Translations under genes and position numbers: made by a program
Notes under the pieces: generated by a model
Seen by the model: only the letters and a program-made list of their open reading frames with translations
Told to the model about the DNA's origin: nothing
Databases searched by the model: none
Source: a virus
Lineage: Duplodnaviria > Caudoviricetes
IMG/VR virus record: IMGVR_UViG_3300044898_000092
Coordinates: 1 to 55,441 of that record
DNA: 55,441 bases
Direction: 5' to 3' (one strand)
Part shown: positions 44,387 to 52,298 of the stretch, one piece after another
Layout of the letters: every line of letters starts with the position of its first letter
Numbering within the stretch: position 1 is the first letter of the stretch

Positions 44387-44429
44387 TACCCGAATTCGAT
44401 TGACACGGGTACCCGCATTCGGGTATAGC
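44387..44429 (+). promoter_or_regulatory. PL/OL-like promoter-operator
   Basis: TTGACA (44400-44405) and TATAGC (44424-44429) with a perfect operator TACCCGcattCGGGTA at 44410-44425; partial site at 44387. Confidence 0.8.
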
Positions 44430-44446
44430 TCTCTCCCACACACCAT

Positions 44447-44489
44447 CCCAATCCCCCAACTGAGAAATATTTCGGGGATTTGGGTTTTT
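44447..44489 (+). terminator. Terminator/attenuator-like hairpin in the early leader
   Basis: CCCAATCCCC...GGGGATTTGGG followed by TTTTT. Confidence 0.5.
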
Positions 44490-44505
44490 GGCGGGGAGAG
44501 CGGAA

Positions 44506-44748
44506 ATGATGGTTCGTAAGTTTACCAAAGAGGACAAACTCCTCCTCGCCGTCGCCCTCCTCAACGCCGGCATCAAGGCCCGCATCCGCAAGCTTCACCT
44601 CGGCGCGCGCGTCGTGTTCGACGGCTCGCAGGATGCCGTTGCCGAAGTCCTCAATTCGGAGGGTTTCCTTCACGCCAATGGCGGGTCGTTTGGTGCCAAC
44701 TCTTTCCATGGCAACCAAGCCTTCGTTCGGTACGTGGGCCTGCGATGA
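44506..44748 (+). CDS. Hypothetical early protein
   Basis: GGAGAG RBS; first gene after PL. Confidence 0.6.
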   Translation: MMVRKFTKEDKLLLAVALLNAGIKARIRKLHLGARVVFDGSQDAVAEVLNSEGFLHANGGSFGANSFHGNQAFVRYVGLR

Positions 44749-44909
44749 CTGAAAAATCTATTTCCGAAATCCTCGCCGATCTCGGGGTCACCCGTGAGCG
44801 CGACCCTAAATCAAAGTTCGAGGATCGGCTGTACTTCGCAGGTCGCTTCATCGGCTACTACGGCGCGCATGCAGTTGGCGCCCTGATCCGCGAACACCTC
44901 GCAGCCTAA
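44745..44909 (+). CDS. 54-aa hypothetical protein (not in ORF track)
   Basis: MTEKSISEILADLGV...; ATGA coupled. Confidence 0.55.
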   Translation: MTEKSISEILADLGVTRERDPKSKFEDRLYFAGRFIGYYGAHAVGALIREHLAA

Positions 44910-44930
44910 CCCGATCACCCAAGGGACGAC

Positions 44931-45158
44931 ATGATGGCAGACCCGCAGCGTCAAATCGACATTCTCTTGGTCCATCGCGAGAACCTGCTCGGGACCAAAA
45001 CATTCGAAGAGTACAGGGACGCGCACGTTGCCTACATCGACATGCTCATTGAGCAGATTGAAGGCGACATGAAAAAGGACGGTGCGGTCCAGCGTTGGGT
45101 AGCGACGACCGAAAAGCCCCTCGTTTCACCCCACCCTGAAACGGCGGTGTCGCCATGA
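44931..45158 (+). CDS. Hypothetical protein
   Basis: AAGGGA RBS; ends ETAVSP. Confidence 0.6.
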   Translation: MMADPQRQIDILLVHRENLLGTKTFEEYRDAHVAYIDMLIEQIEGDMKKDGAVQRWVATTEKPLVSPHPETAVSP

Positions 45159-45370
45159 GCGATTGCACGCAGATGCGGCGTAAACTTGTGACGCACAGTT
45201 CGCTTAACATGGCGACGGGCGAGACTACGCCGGGCCGGCAAGAATGGGTGACCGAACCATGCGGCACGCCTCTGTTCGGCGCCAAGGGCCAAACGCTCTG
45301 CCGATCCTGCCTGTCCGGCTGGACGCACCCAAACAATTATCCGGTTTCAGACGAGACGGTGTCGCCATGA
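45155..45370 (+). CDS. Small Cys/His protein
   Basis: ATGA coupled; PCGTPLF...CRSC..GWTHP; ends ETVSP. Confidence 0.65.
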   Translation: MSDCTQMRRKLVTHSSLNMATGETTPGRQEWVTEPCGTPLFGAKGQTLCRSCLSGWTHPNNYPVSDETVSP

Positions 45371-45556
45371 GCGGACATACAGCAACGCCGATCTGCGACG
45401 CGAAAGCTTATGTCGAGAAGGCTATTGCCTCTTATCATGCGTATCGGGTTTAGACATACAGCCCCCAAAGGTTGACAGATGAAACCGTGGCTAGAAGGCG
45501 AACCAGAGGAATGCGACGGCTCCGCATGGGACCGTCTGCCGCCGCTTGTGCGCGCC

Positions 45557-46606
45557 TCAGTCATGATGGCTCGCCATCGTCGGATGCTTCCATTCTCCGC
45601 TGTAAAGCCCGTCATAGGTCGGTCCTTCGCCGTTGGTCCCGATTCCGAGCAACGAACGGAACGCGTTGAACGGGTAGAAACGCCGGTTAAATCGGAACGT
45701 GAACTCGTTCAGGTAGGTTTGCAGGTGCTTGGCGCTAATTGCGCCGTGATGCGTTCCGGCCAGCCAAGCCTTCAAGTTGCTGAAAACAAGGTGGACGATG
45801 GGCAGGTATTCTTCCGCGATTTCCGGGTTGCCAGCTTCGACCACGGGCAGGTGTGCATAGCCGCTCTTGCCGAGCTTGGTATAGGCCGGGGCCGCGTCAG
45901 TGATGACCATCGCGCCCGGCTCTACAGCCGCTTCGACAAAGCCAACCAAAGACTTAGCCGTCCGGTCTGGAACGATTTCCAGCCGCAAGCGGCCCGCGTA
46001 GCGTCCGCCGCGCCGCATGGGCTTGTCGCCCTTCTTGGCCGGGCGGGTGCGGACTTCTACAGCGGCGCAAACGATTGTCTTTTCATCAACATGAACGCCC
46101 CTGCCTTCACCGCGAAGCACGCCGCCGATGTAGGTTTCGTCAACCTCGACGTGATCGCCGCGCCCAAGGTTGCCGCCGATGCGGTCCCGGCCTTGGCGGA
46201 CCATCCCGGCGCGCAGCTTGTGCAGGATTTGGAACGCGGTTTCGTAACCCGTCAGGCCAAGTTGGCGCTGGAACTGCACTGCGGAAATTCCGGGCGTCAT
46301 GGTCGAGACAAGGTAGGCACCCCAAAACCACACGGTCAGCGGCGTATGCGTGCGCTGCATCACGGTATCGACCGTCAGGGACGTTTGCTTGCGGCATTTC
46401 CGGCACGTCAGAACGCTGGTCCGCGTCGTCATGCGGAACGGCTCGCCCTTTTCCTCGCAATGCGGGCACACGAAACCCTTGGGCCATTTCGCGCCCTCCA
46501 GGTATCGCGCGCACGCGGCGTCGTCCTTGAAAAGCTTCTGGAAGTCCCTGAGGGACTTGGGGAACGGCAGGTGCTCCCATTGCAGCACGTCGGCATGGGG
46601 AGGCAT
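45557..46606 (-). CDS. IS1595-family transposase
   Basis: Zn ribbon CPHC...CRKC, HTH, VEVDETYIGG, ITD, H...NLK, YLNEFTFRFNRR. Confidence 0.95.
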   Translation of the reverse strand: MPPHADVLQWEHLPFPKSLRDFQKLFKDDAACARYLEGAKWPKGFVCPHCEEKGEPFRMTTRTSVLTCRKCRKQTSLTVDTVMQRTHTPLTVWFWGAYLVSTMTPGISAVQFQRQLGLTGYETAFQILHKLRAGMVRQGRDRIGGNLGRGDHVEVDETYIGGVLRGEGRGVHVDEKTIVCAAVEVRTRPAKKGDKPMRRGGRYAGRLRLEIVPDRTAKSLVGFVEAAVEPGAMVITDAAPAYTKLGKSGYAHLPVVEAGNPEIAEEYLPIVHLVFSNLKAWLAGTHHGAISAKHLQTYLNEFTFRFNRRFYPFNAFRSLLGIGTNGEGPTYDGLYSGEWKHPTMASHHD

Positions 46607-46609
46607 GGA

Positions 46610-46882
46610 TCAGCCCTCCCTCAGATCGGTCGAGCGGCAATACGGGCAAAAGTTCGGTTTTCCCGCGTGCAAAACCGTTCCGCGGCACTTGCCACAGTTC
46701 CAAACCCCGGTCGGTGGGGACTCGATTTCGCCGTGACCCGCGCAGTGCTCGCAATCTTCCTGCTCGGGGCTGTCCGGATGGCTGATGAGTCCGCGCCCCT
46801 TGCACGTCGGGCACACCTCGTAGCGAGGGATATCGGCCTCGGTGTAGTTGGTGTTGCAATAGTCCTGATATACCCGGGACAT
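46610..46882 (-). CDS. IS passenger: Zn-finger protein
   Basis: CPTCKGRG...CEHCAGHG (DnaJ-like repeats) plus CGKC...CPYC. Confidence 0.75.
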   Translation of the reverse strand: MSRVYQDYCNTNYTEADIPRYEVCPTCKGRGLISHPDSPEQEDCEHCAGHGEIESPPTGVWNCGKCRGTVLHAGKPNFCPYCRSTDLREG

Positions 46883-46885
46883 GGC

Positions 46886-47236
46886 TCAGCGCTCCATAAT
46901 TGCGCGGAACTTCCGTCGCAAAGTTTGCCGAGTGTATTCTGTTGCCTTTTCATCGGCGTTTTCCGGCTCACAGAGGCCAATCGCGTCATTAATCAGATCT
47001 TCAATAGTGTCGTCGGACGGCTTCCGACGAACCTGCGACTTCCGCTCAGCCTCCATGCCGGACTGAAAGCCATAAGTGTACCAATCCTCGGCAACCTTCA
47101 TCGTCTCGGACGACGGGGCAGGCGGGCGCACGCCAAGCAATTGCAACAAAACCTTGGCCGCCAACTTGATGGCGTCGTGCTGGCCCGGCTCTCCCGTATA
47201 GAGGTGGTCGTTCAAAATTCTCTCAATGGCATTCAT
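46886..47236 (-). CDS. IS passenger: hypothetical protein
   Basis: 116 aa, same frame as neighbours. Confidence 0.7.
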   Translation of the reverse strand: MNAIERILNDHLYTGEPGQHDAIKLAAKVLLQLLGVRPPAPSSETMKVAEDWYTYGFQSGMEAERKSQVRRKPSDDTIEDLINDAIGLCEPENADEKATEYTRQTLRRKFRAIMER

Positions 47237-47239
47237 GAC

Positions 47240-47536
47240 TCACCCCCGCCAGACTGTCTTGCCGTTGGTAAGATCGACAATGATCCCGCCGTCGAAGCGC
47301 ATGCCGAGCGCAACATCGCTCAGTCGGTAGTTATTGTTGTTCCCGCGCAGGTGATAATGGGTGTCAGCCACGACGCGCACGTCAAACCAAACGTCGCGCT
47401 GAGTCTGCCCATAATACTTGCTGCTGCGCTTGATGCGGGCCACAAGCTGTTGCGCCTTTCCGGCATCCGCCCGCTCCAAACGGTCGAGATATTCAGAGCG
47501 CATTTCGCCCGGCAGCAATGGTTCCAGCGGTTTCAT
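47240..47536 (-). CDS. IS passenger: hypothetical protein
   Basis: GGAGAG RBS; SSKYYGQ...F.V...GNNNNYRLSDV. Confidence 0.7.
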   Translation of the reverse strand: MKPLEPLLPGEMRSEYLDRLERADAGKAQQLVARIKRSSKYYGQTQRDVWFDVRVVADTHYHLRGNNNNYRLSDVALGMRFDGGIIVDLTNGKTVWRG

Positions 47537-47575
47537 CTGTCTCTCCATCAAAGGGCGGAAGCGCCCAATGACAAA

Positions 47576-47604
47576 ACTCTACAGGAAGGTACTGTATGTG
47601 TCAA
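47576..47604 (-). promoter_or_regulatory. Sigma70-type promoter with its -35 inside the IS inverted repeat
   Basis: TTGACA-17nt-TAGAGT on the minus strand; the other IR has TTTAGA at the equivalent position. Confidence 0.75.
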
Positions 47605-47863
47605 CCCGATAGGCATGCCTCTTATGACGGCGACCCTGCAGACAACCAATATCAAAAAGGCTTCTTGGCCGCGCTCGTAGTCGTCCGCGATGAAGCTTTC
47701 ACCGGTTGCAACTCCCACGCCGATCTCGTGAAGGCGCTGGAGGAAATCGCGACGGGTTGCGATGACGAACATCTGCATCCGTTCAACAGCGTTTGGGCAG
47801 AACTGATCAAGTCTCGCGCCCGCGCAGCCCTCGCCACGCTGACCGCGCGAAAGGTGGGGTGAG

Positions 47864-48040
47864 ATGGCGAATGAACAGAAGCCCTACGCCTACGTCGCAT
47901 TCAAAGGCGACACATGGCACGGCAGTTGCGATCCCGCCACCGCGGACGATTGGACCAATAAACTTCTCGCTGCTGGATGCTCGGTAAAGCCAGTTTTCAG
48001 CAAGGCTGAATACGACGCTGAAATGGAAAAACTGAAATGA
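47864..48040 (+). CDS. 58-aa hypothetical protein (not in ORF track)
   Basis: MANEQKPYAYVAFKG...; coupled to next gene. Confidence 0.55.
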   Translation: MANEQKPYAYVAFKGDTWHGSCDPATADDWTNKLLAAGCSVKPVFSKAEYDAEMEKLK

Positions 48041-48240
48041 CCGTCTCCCATCCCAACCACCTGCAAGACAGCGGGGCCGAGCAGATCGATCTCGCCTGGG
48101 AAAACTGGATCGCCCGCGTCGAATCCGAATCCGGCCGCGATATTCCCAACCTCGACTCCGCATACATCGCACATCGCAATGGAGTTACTGCTTCTGACTA
48201 TGCGCTTGAAGTGGTGGCGCGGGCTGGGGAGTTTTCGTGA
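48037..48240 (+). CDS. Hypothetical protein
   Basis: Coupled ORF. Confidence 0.6.
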   Translation: MTVSHPNHLQDSGAEQIDLAWENWIARVESESGRDIPNLDSAYIAHRNGVTASDYALEVVARAGEFS

Positions 48241-48638
48241 TGGCGCGCAAACCCGAGCGATACGAGCCGCCGAAAGCTGGGGACTACATTGCCCGTAGCG
48301 AGCCGCTGTACGGATGCGGGGATTTTTCAGCGGCTCACAGCCCCGGATATGTTGCGCTCAAAACCGACACGCTAAGCGAAAAGCGAATCTCCGCGTGCGC
48401 AACTCTTGAAGGCGCACGAAAGCTTGCGAAGCTGTTGAACGACGTTCGCGACATCGCGCAGGATTGGCGATCGATCACCACAGAGCCGCTTAACAAGGGC
48501 GGCAACGCGGAAGAATGGGCGCGCATAAAGATCGCGTCCAGCGTTTGCAAAGTGCTCGGCATCAATCACGCTCATGATTTTGGCGCGAGCGCCATGGGAA
48601 TTTCGGTCTTTGGTTCCTCAGAACCGGAGTCCGCATGA
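48237..48638 (+). CDS. Hypothetical protein
   Basis: Coupled ORF. Confidence 0.6.
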   Translation: MMARKPERYEPPKAGDYIARSEPLYGCGDFSAAHSPGYVALKTDTLSEKRISACATLEGARKLAKLLNDVRDIAQDWRSITTEPLNKGGNAEEWARIKIASSVCKVLGINHAHDFGASAMGISVFGSSEPESA

Positions 48639-49660
48639 TGTCCGAACGCGCACCTCTCGAAATCCGCATCCACGATTCCAGCATCAGTATTTGGCAGGAC
48701 GATGCGCGCGACGCTTCATTCCGGACTGAAGTTTATGCGGCGCTGATTCGCAGCATGCGGGCGCGAGACTGGTCCGTAAGGCGAGATGATCGCATTCACG
48801 CGCACTACCGCAGCATCAGCCCATGTCATCGCTTGGGCGCGCGCGGCACGCTTCGCTGCGCAATCGAAATTAGTGGTCGTATGGTGAAGATCGAATTTTG
48901 GTCGACCACTGCTGCGCAGAGCAACCGCAACGGCAGGCGCTATGACTTCGACAAGATGGACCGCATGTCCCATCTTGATAGTCTGCGTGTCGAGTTGGAG
49001 TTCCGGCGCCTTACCGGATGGCTGCAAACGTTAGCGCCGGTCAAGGTCTCGCGGTCTGATGATCGCAACTTGCCGCCGATGCAGTTCATTGAGAAGTGCT
49101 ACGCGGAAAGCTGGCACACAGACAAGGCTCTTGGCCGACCCCGTTGTGACTACGACTATAACCGGAAGGCAAAGAACGGAGCTCTCCTGGAACACGGCCA
49201 GACTGTCTGGCTCCCTGATCGTAAGGGGCGGATGATCCGCGGCGCGACGTTCTACAACATCAACAACATGTGGTGGGTTATCGCTGGGGGAAAGCTGCTC
49301 AACGAGGGCAGTCACTCGCTCTATGTCAAGCCGCCAGCCGATCTCCGCACCAAACAGAACGAGCGAGCGCGGCGCGGTCGCCTTGAAGCGGAATTGTCTA
49401 TCGCCGTGGCGCGCATGGATTTTCAGCGCGCCGGGATACTCAAGCACATCTTGTTCGGCAACGAACAGACGTTCCTGATCTGGGCGCGCGACCACAGCGC
49501 TTATTACCGCTCGAACTACTCGGGCTACACAACTGATCGCATCAACGCCGGGAAATATACCCGCGCGGAAGCTGAAGCAGAATGCCGCCGCGTCCCGCAT
49601 GAACTTGAGATGGTCTGCCCCGATGGCAGCCGCATCTCGTTTGATCGGAAGGCGGCGTAA
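48635..49660 (+). CDS. Conserved phage hypothetical protein
   Basis: 341 aa; NRNG.RYDFDK, YNINNMWWV, C-terminal AYYR.N.SGYT....AGKY..AEA. Confidence 0.75.
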   Translation: MMSERAPLEIRIHDSSISIWQDDARDASFRTEVYAALIRSMRARDWSVRRDDRIHAHYRSISPCHRLGARGTLRCAIEISGRMVKIEFWSTTAAQSNRNGRRYDFDKMDRMSHLDSLRVELEFRRLTGWLQTLAPVKVSRSDDRNLPPMQFIEKCYAESWHTDKALGRPRCDYDYNRKAKNGALLEHGQTVWLPDRKGRMIRGATFYNINNMWWVIAGGKLLNEGSHSLYVKPPADLRTKQNERARRGRLEAELSIAVARMDFQRAGILKHILFGNEQTFLIWARDHSAYYRSNYSGYTTDRINAGKYTRAEAEAECRRVPHELEMVCPDGSRISFDRKAA

Positions 49661-49662
49661 CC

Positions 49663-49875
49663 ATGCCCCGCTTCCATCTCACCTTCAACTACCCCGGACG
49701 CAACGGCGAAACAATCGTCGGATCGCAAACCGTTACGCGCGGTTCGTTAGAGGATGCAGCCGAGTACGTCGCAACGCAGCGCGGACTCTCGTTCATTCAT
49801 GTGCGGACGTGCGACGGGGAAGCGGTTGAGCGGGGGTTTACGTTCGCGCCGAGCGAAACTTCGGAGGCGGTGTGA
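49663..49875 (+). CDS. Hypothetical protein
   Basis: Packed ORF. Confidence 0.55.
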   Translation: MPRFHLTFNYPGRNGETIVGSQTVTRGSLEDAAEYVATQRGLSFIHVRTCDGEAVERGFTFAPSETSEAV

Positions 49876-50066
49876 TGTGCATCATTGGACTGAGGAGTGG
49901 GAAAATTCGGGCCGGCCTTTATCGCTGCGGCGATTACAGGATTGAACGCCAGCCCAGGGATTATTGGCACGTCACCATGAATGGAGAATTCCGCGCGCAG
50001 TTTCCAACGATGACCGAAGCCTATGAATGGTGCCGTTATCCGCGCCTGCGAAGTGACGCAGCATGA
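49875..50066 (+). CDS. Hypothetical protein
   Basis: Coupled ORF with GGAGG RBS. Confidence 0.55.
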   Translation: MCIIGLRSGKIRAGLYRCGDYRIERQPRDYWHVTMNGEFRAQFPTMTEAYEWCRYPRLRSDAA

Positions 50067-50797
50067 TCGCAGCCCTTGCCCACGCGCGCGATACCGAACT
50101 CTCGCCCGAGTTGGTCGAGTTGCTGTGGGTTGGCGCCGATCACAAACTTGGATTCTGTTGCATGCCGGGCCAGGTGCGGAAGAATTGGAAACTTCTTCAT
50201 GAAGGCGAACGTCTCGGCCTTATCCGATTCGTTGGCGGTATAACCGGCCCATGGATTACCGAAGCTGGGCGAGCCGCGATCGGGGCACCAACTGAGGCCG
50301 AGCAGAGCCGTGCTCAGTTGCGCCAAATCTGCGCTGACTACGCGAAGCACAAAAAGTTGCACCCGGTAAAGCGCGACGATCCTCGAACAGACTTCGACTA
50401 TCGATCCTGGAAAACGATGGGCTGGCGCTGCACGCTGGTCTTTCGTCAACAGGACGACCGCGCCGTAAAGAAAACCGTGCGCGTCGGACAAATGCCCAAC
50501 AGCGATCCGCAATTTCTAGGACCGCGGAATTCCAACATCCAACCCGAGAGCACGGAGCGTTTCGTTTTGGCGGTCGTCCCGGACTGGATGACGCTACCGA
50601 TCAGGAAGTTTGGAGACTTCAAGCCCGCACCGTTCACGACATATCCGCTGCCTCTCGATGAAACCGATCCGGCATTTACCGCAGAAGATCGCGAGACATG
50701 GGATCGCCTACGCAGTGTTTGTTTCAGCATCAATTCTCGGATTCGCAGGGCGGGCCAGAACCAGCGCGAGCGTGGGGCTTTTGGAGAATACGCATGA
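50063..50797 (+). CDS. Hypothetical protein with N-terminal wHTH-like segment
   Basis: ITEAGRAAI motif; coupled. Confidence 0.65.
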   Translation: MIAALAHARDTELSPELVELLWVGADHKLGFCCMPGQVRKNWKLLHEGERLGLIRFVGGITGPWITEAGRAAIGAPTEAEQSRAQLRQICADYAKHKKLHPVKRDDPRTDFDYRSWKTMGWRCTLVFRQQDDRAVKKTVRVGQMPNSDPQFLGPRNSNIQPESTERFVLAVVPDWMTLPIRKFGDFKPAPFTTYPLPLDETDPAFTAEDRETWDRLRSVCFSINSRIRRAGQNQRERGAFGEYA

Positions 50798-51018
50798 ACA
50801 ACATCGTTCGCTTGCCAGAAAAGTCAGACGCCGCCGCCGAGGAATTCGGCCGAGAGATTTACGGCGCGCGCCTTGATCCCTCCGACTCTGAGGCGTGTTT
50901 CAATTTCCTCTACCAACAATTCGGCGACCGCTGGCGCGAAGTCATGGCAAATTTAGACGGCGCGATATACGCAGCCGGCCAGCTTTACATTGCCGCAGAG
51001 ATGGCGAGGGCGAATTGA
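50794..51018 (+). CDS. Hypothetical protein
   Basis: Start MNNIVRLP; GGAG RBS. Confidence 0.6.
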   Translation: MNNIVRLPEKSDAAAEEFGREIYGARLDPSDSEACFNFLYQQFGDRWREVMANLDGAIYAAGQLYIAAEMARAN

Positions 51019-51176
51019 TGGCCGAACTGGTCGGCGTTGCGGTTCTGTTTTACGTGCTCGGCCTTTTGACAAAGGTCGCATGGATTAGTGACCGCATCGC
51101 GCCAGCGCGCGATTGGGATGGCTTGGAGCTTGAGAAGCCCTCCGATATTGAGAAACGCGCGCGGGGCCTTCTATGA
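51018..51176 (+). CDS. Small single-TM protein
   Basis: MAELVGVAVLFYVLGLL; coupled. Confidence 0.5.
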   Translation: MAELVGVAVLFYVLGLLTKVAWISDRIAPARDWDGLELEKPSDIEKRARGLL

Positions 51177-51535
51177 GCCGCGCGGTCGACGAGTGGATTG
51201 GTAAAACCGACGATGCGAAGATCCCCCGCGCCGTGCGCCAGCGCGTATTCGATCGCTACAACGAAACTTGCTACCTCTCGGGTCGGAAGATAGCGCCTGC
51301 AGATGATTGGGATATAGAGCACAAACTCGCGCTCTGCTTGGGTGGAGAACATCGTGAGTCAAACATGGCCCCGGCCCTCAAGGCCCCTCATCGCGAAAAG
51401 ACGGCCATTGACCGCGGACTGAAAGCCAAAAACGACCGTATCCGGAAACGTCACTTGGGCATCAAGAAGCCGCGAACCATTACGCGCTGGCGGAAAATGA
51501 ATGGCGAGATCGTTTTCGCAGCGAGGGAACGATGA
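51173..51535 (+). CDS. HNH endonuclease (Zn-binding cysteines partly lost)
   Basis: CYLSG...WDIEH..AL..GGEHRESN......H..KT. Confidence 0.8.
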   Translation: MSRAVDEWIGKTDDAKIPRAVRQRVFDRYNETCYLSGRKIAPADDWDIEHKLALCLGGEHRESNMAPALKAPHREKTAIDRGLKAKNDRIRKRHLGIKKPRTITRWRKMNGEIVFAARER

Positions 51536-51825
51536 CCCCTCCCAACCCACTCATAGAGTTAGCGGGGCGCGAATGGCCTCTTGATCTTATGCCGCGCAAC
51601 GAGCGTGGGCAGGCCGTTAGCCGCAAGTGCCCTGATCCGAACTGCGGCGGGATGCTCGTGTACGAACCGCGCGCGGCGACATGGAGCGGTCCCGCTCAAC
51701 ACTATTGGCGCTGCGATGGCCTCACACACGAGCGTCCCGACGACGATCTTGTTGCGTGCCCGTATGACGTTTGGGGGCCGATAATTCCCCGCGCCCGCGC
51801 CTCCATGGAGGCCCATCGTGGGTAA
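51532..51825 (+). CDS. Zn-ribbon hypothetical protein
   Basis: CPDPNCGG...WRCDGL...AC. Confidence 0.6.
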   Translation: MTPPNPLIELAGREWPLDLMPRNERGQAVSRKCPDPNCGGMLVYEPRAATWSGPAQHYWRCDGLTHERPDDDLVACPYDVWGPIIPRARASMEAHRG

Positions 51826-52078
51826 GGTAAAACTGAGCGATGCTTTGTTGAGGCGAGCGCACCGGGCTGCGGTTCGGCATAGCGCGCTAAATCAGCAACT
51901 CACGAAAGCATTCCAAGAGCGATACGGCTGCACCTATTCCGATGTGGATTGCGACAACCTAATCGACGCATTGGATTACGGAGCTGGTAGCGAACCAACC
52001 GTTGAATCCTGCGATGCGGCCATGTCCGAATCCGGTTGTGAAGTTATCAGCGCGAAGGCCTCCCCTCATGGCCGATAA
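51818..52078 (+). CDS. Hypothetical protein
   Basis: GGAGG RBS; ERYG.TYSDVD.D.LID.LDYG. Confidence 0.65.
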   Translation: MGKVKLSDALLRRAHRAAVRHSALNQQLTKAFQERYGCTYSDVDCDNLIDALDYGAGSEPTVESCDAAMSESGCEVISAKASPHGR

Positions 52079-52298
52079 GGTGAAGCTGACGGAGGCGCAG
52101 AGGCGCATTTTGATCGATGCGCGCGATAAGGGCGATGTGTTGGCGAACGGGCCGCGCAAACGACCGTGCGCGATGCTTGTTCATATAGGCCTGCTCGAAA
52201 AACGAAAGGGCCGCGCAAGAGTTCTGACTGACGCTGGCGAAATGGCTTTGGCCGAACTCGAAGGTGAAAGCCACGGAGGAGATCGGCGCGATGACTGA
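52068..52298 (+). CDS. Small wHTH-like protein
   Basis: KLTEAQRRIL...L...GLL...LTDAG. Confidence 0.6.
   Translation: MADKVKLTEAQRRILIDARDKGDVLANGPRKRPCAMLVHIGLLEKRKGRARVLTDAGEMALAELEGESHGGDRRDD

Larger units (their letters stand above)
45436..47617 (-). mobile_element. IS1595-family (ISSod11-like) transporter IS, 2182 bp, with three passenger genes
   Basis: 26-bp IRs CATGCGTATCGGGTTTAGACATACAG (45436-45461) and CTGTATGTGTCAACCCGATAGGCATG (47592-47617); 8-bp target duplication CCTCTTAT at 45428-45435 and 47618-47625. Confidence 0.93.
45367..47862 (+). pseudogene. Phage gene interrupted by the IS1595 element
   Basis: Removing 45436-47625 restores the in-frame ORF MSGHTATPICDAKAYVEKAIASY|DGDPADNQYQKGFLAAL... 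Confidence 0.85.

Noticed and set aside
45479-47680. 733-aa plus-strand ORF spanning the whole IS
   Set aside because: Codon-aligned antisense shadow of four same-frame GC-rich genes (their TGA stops read as TCA); no motifs, and it crosses the IS boundary. It is a by-product of the in-frame arrangement.
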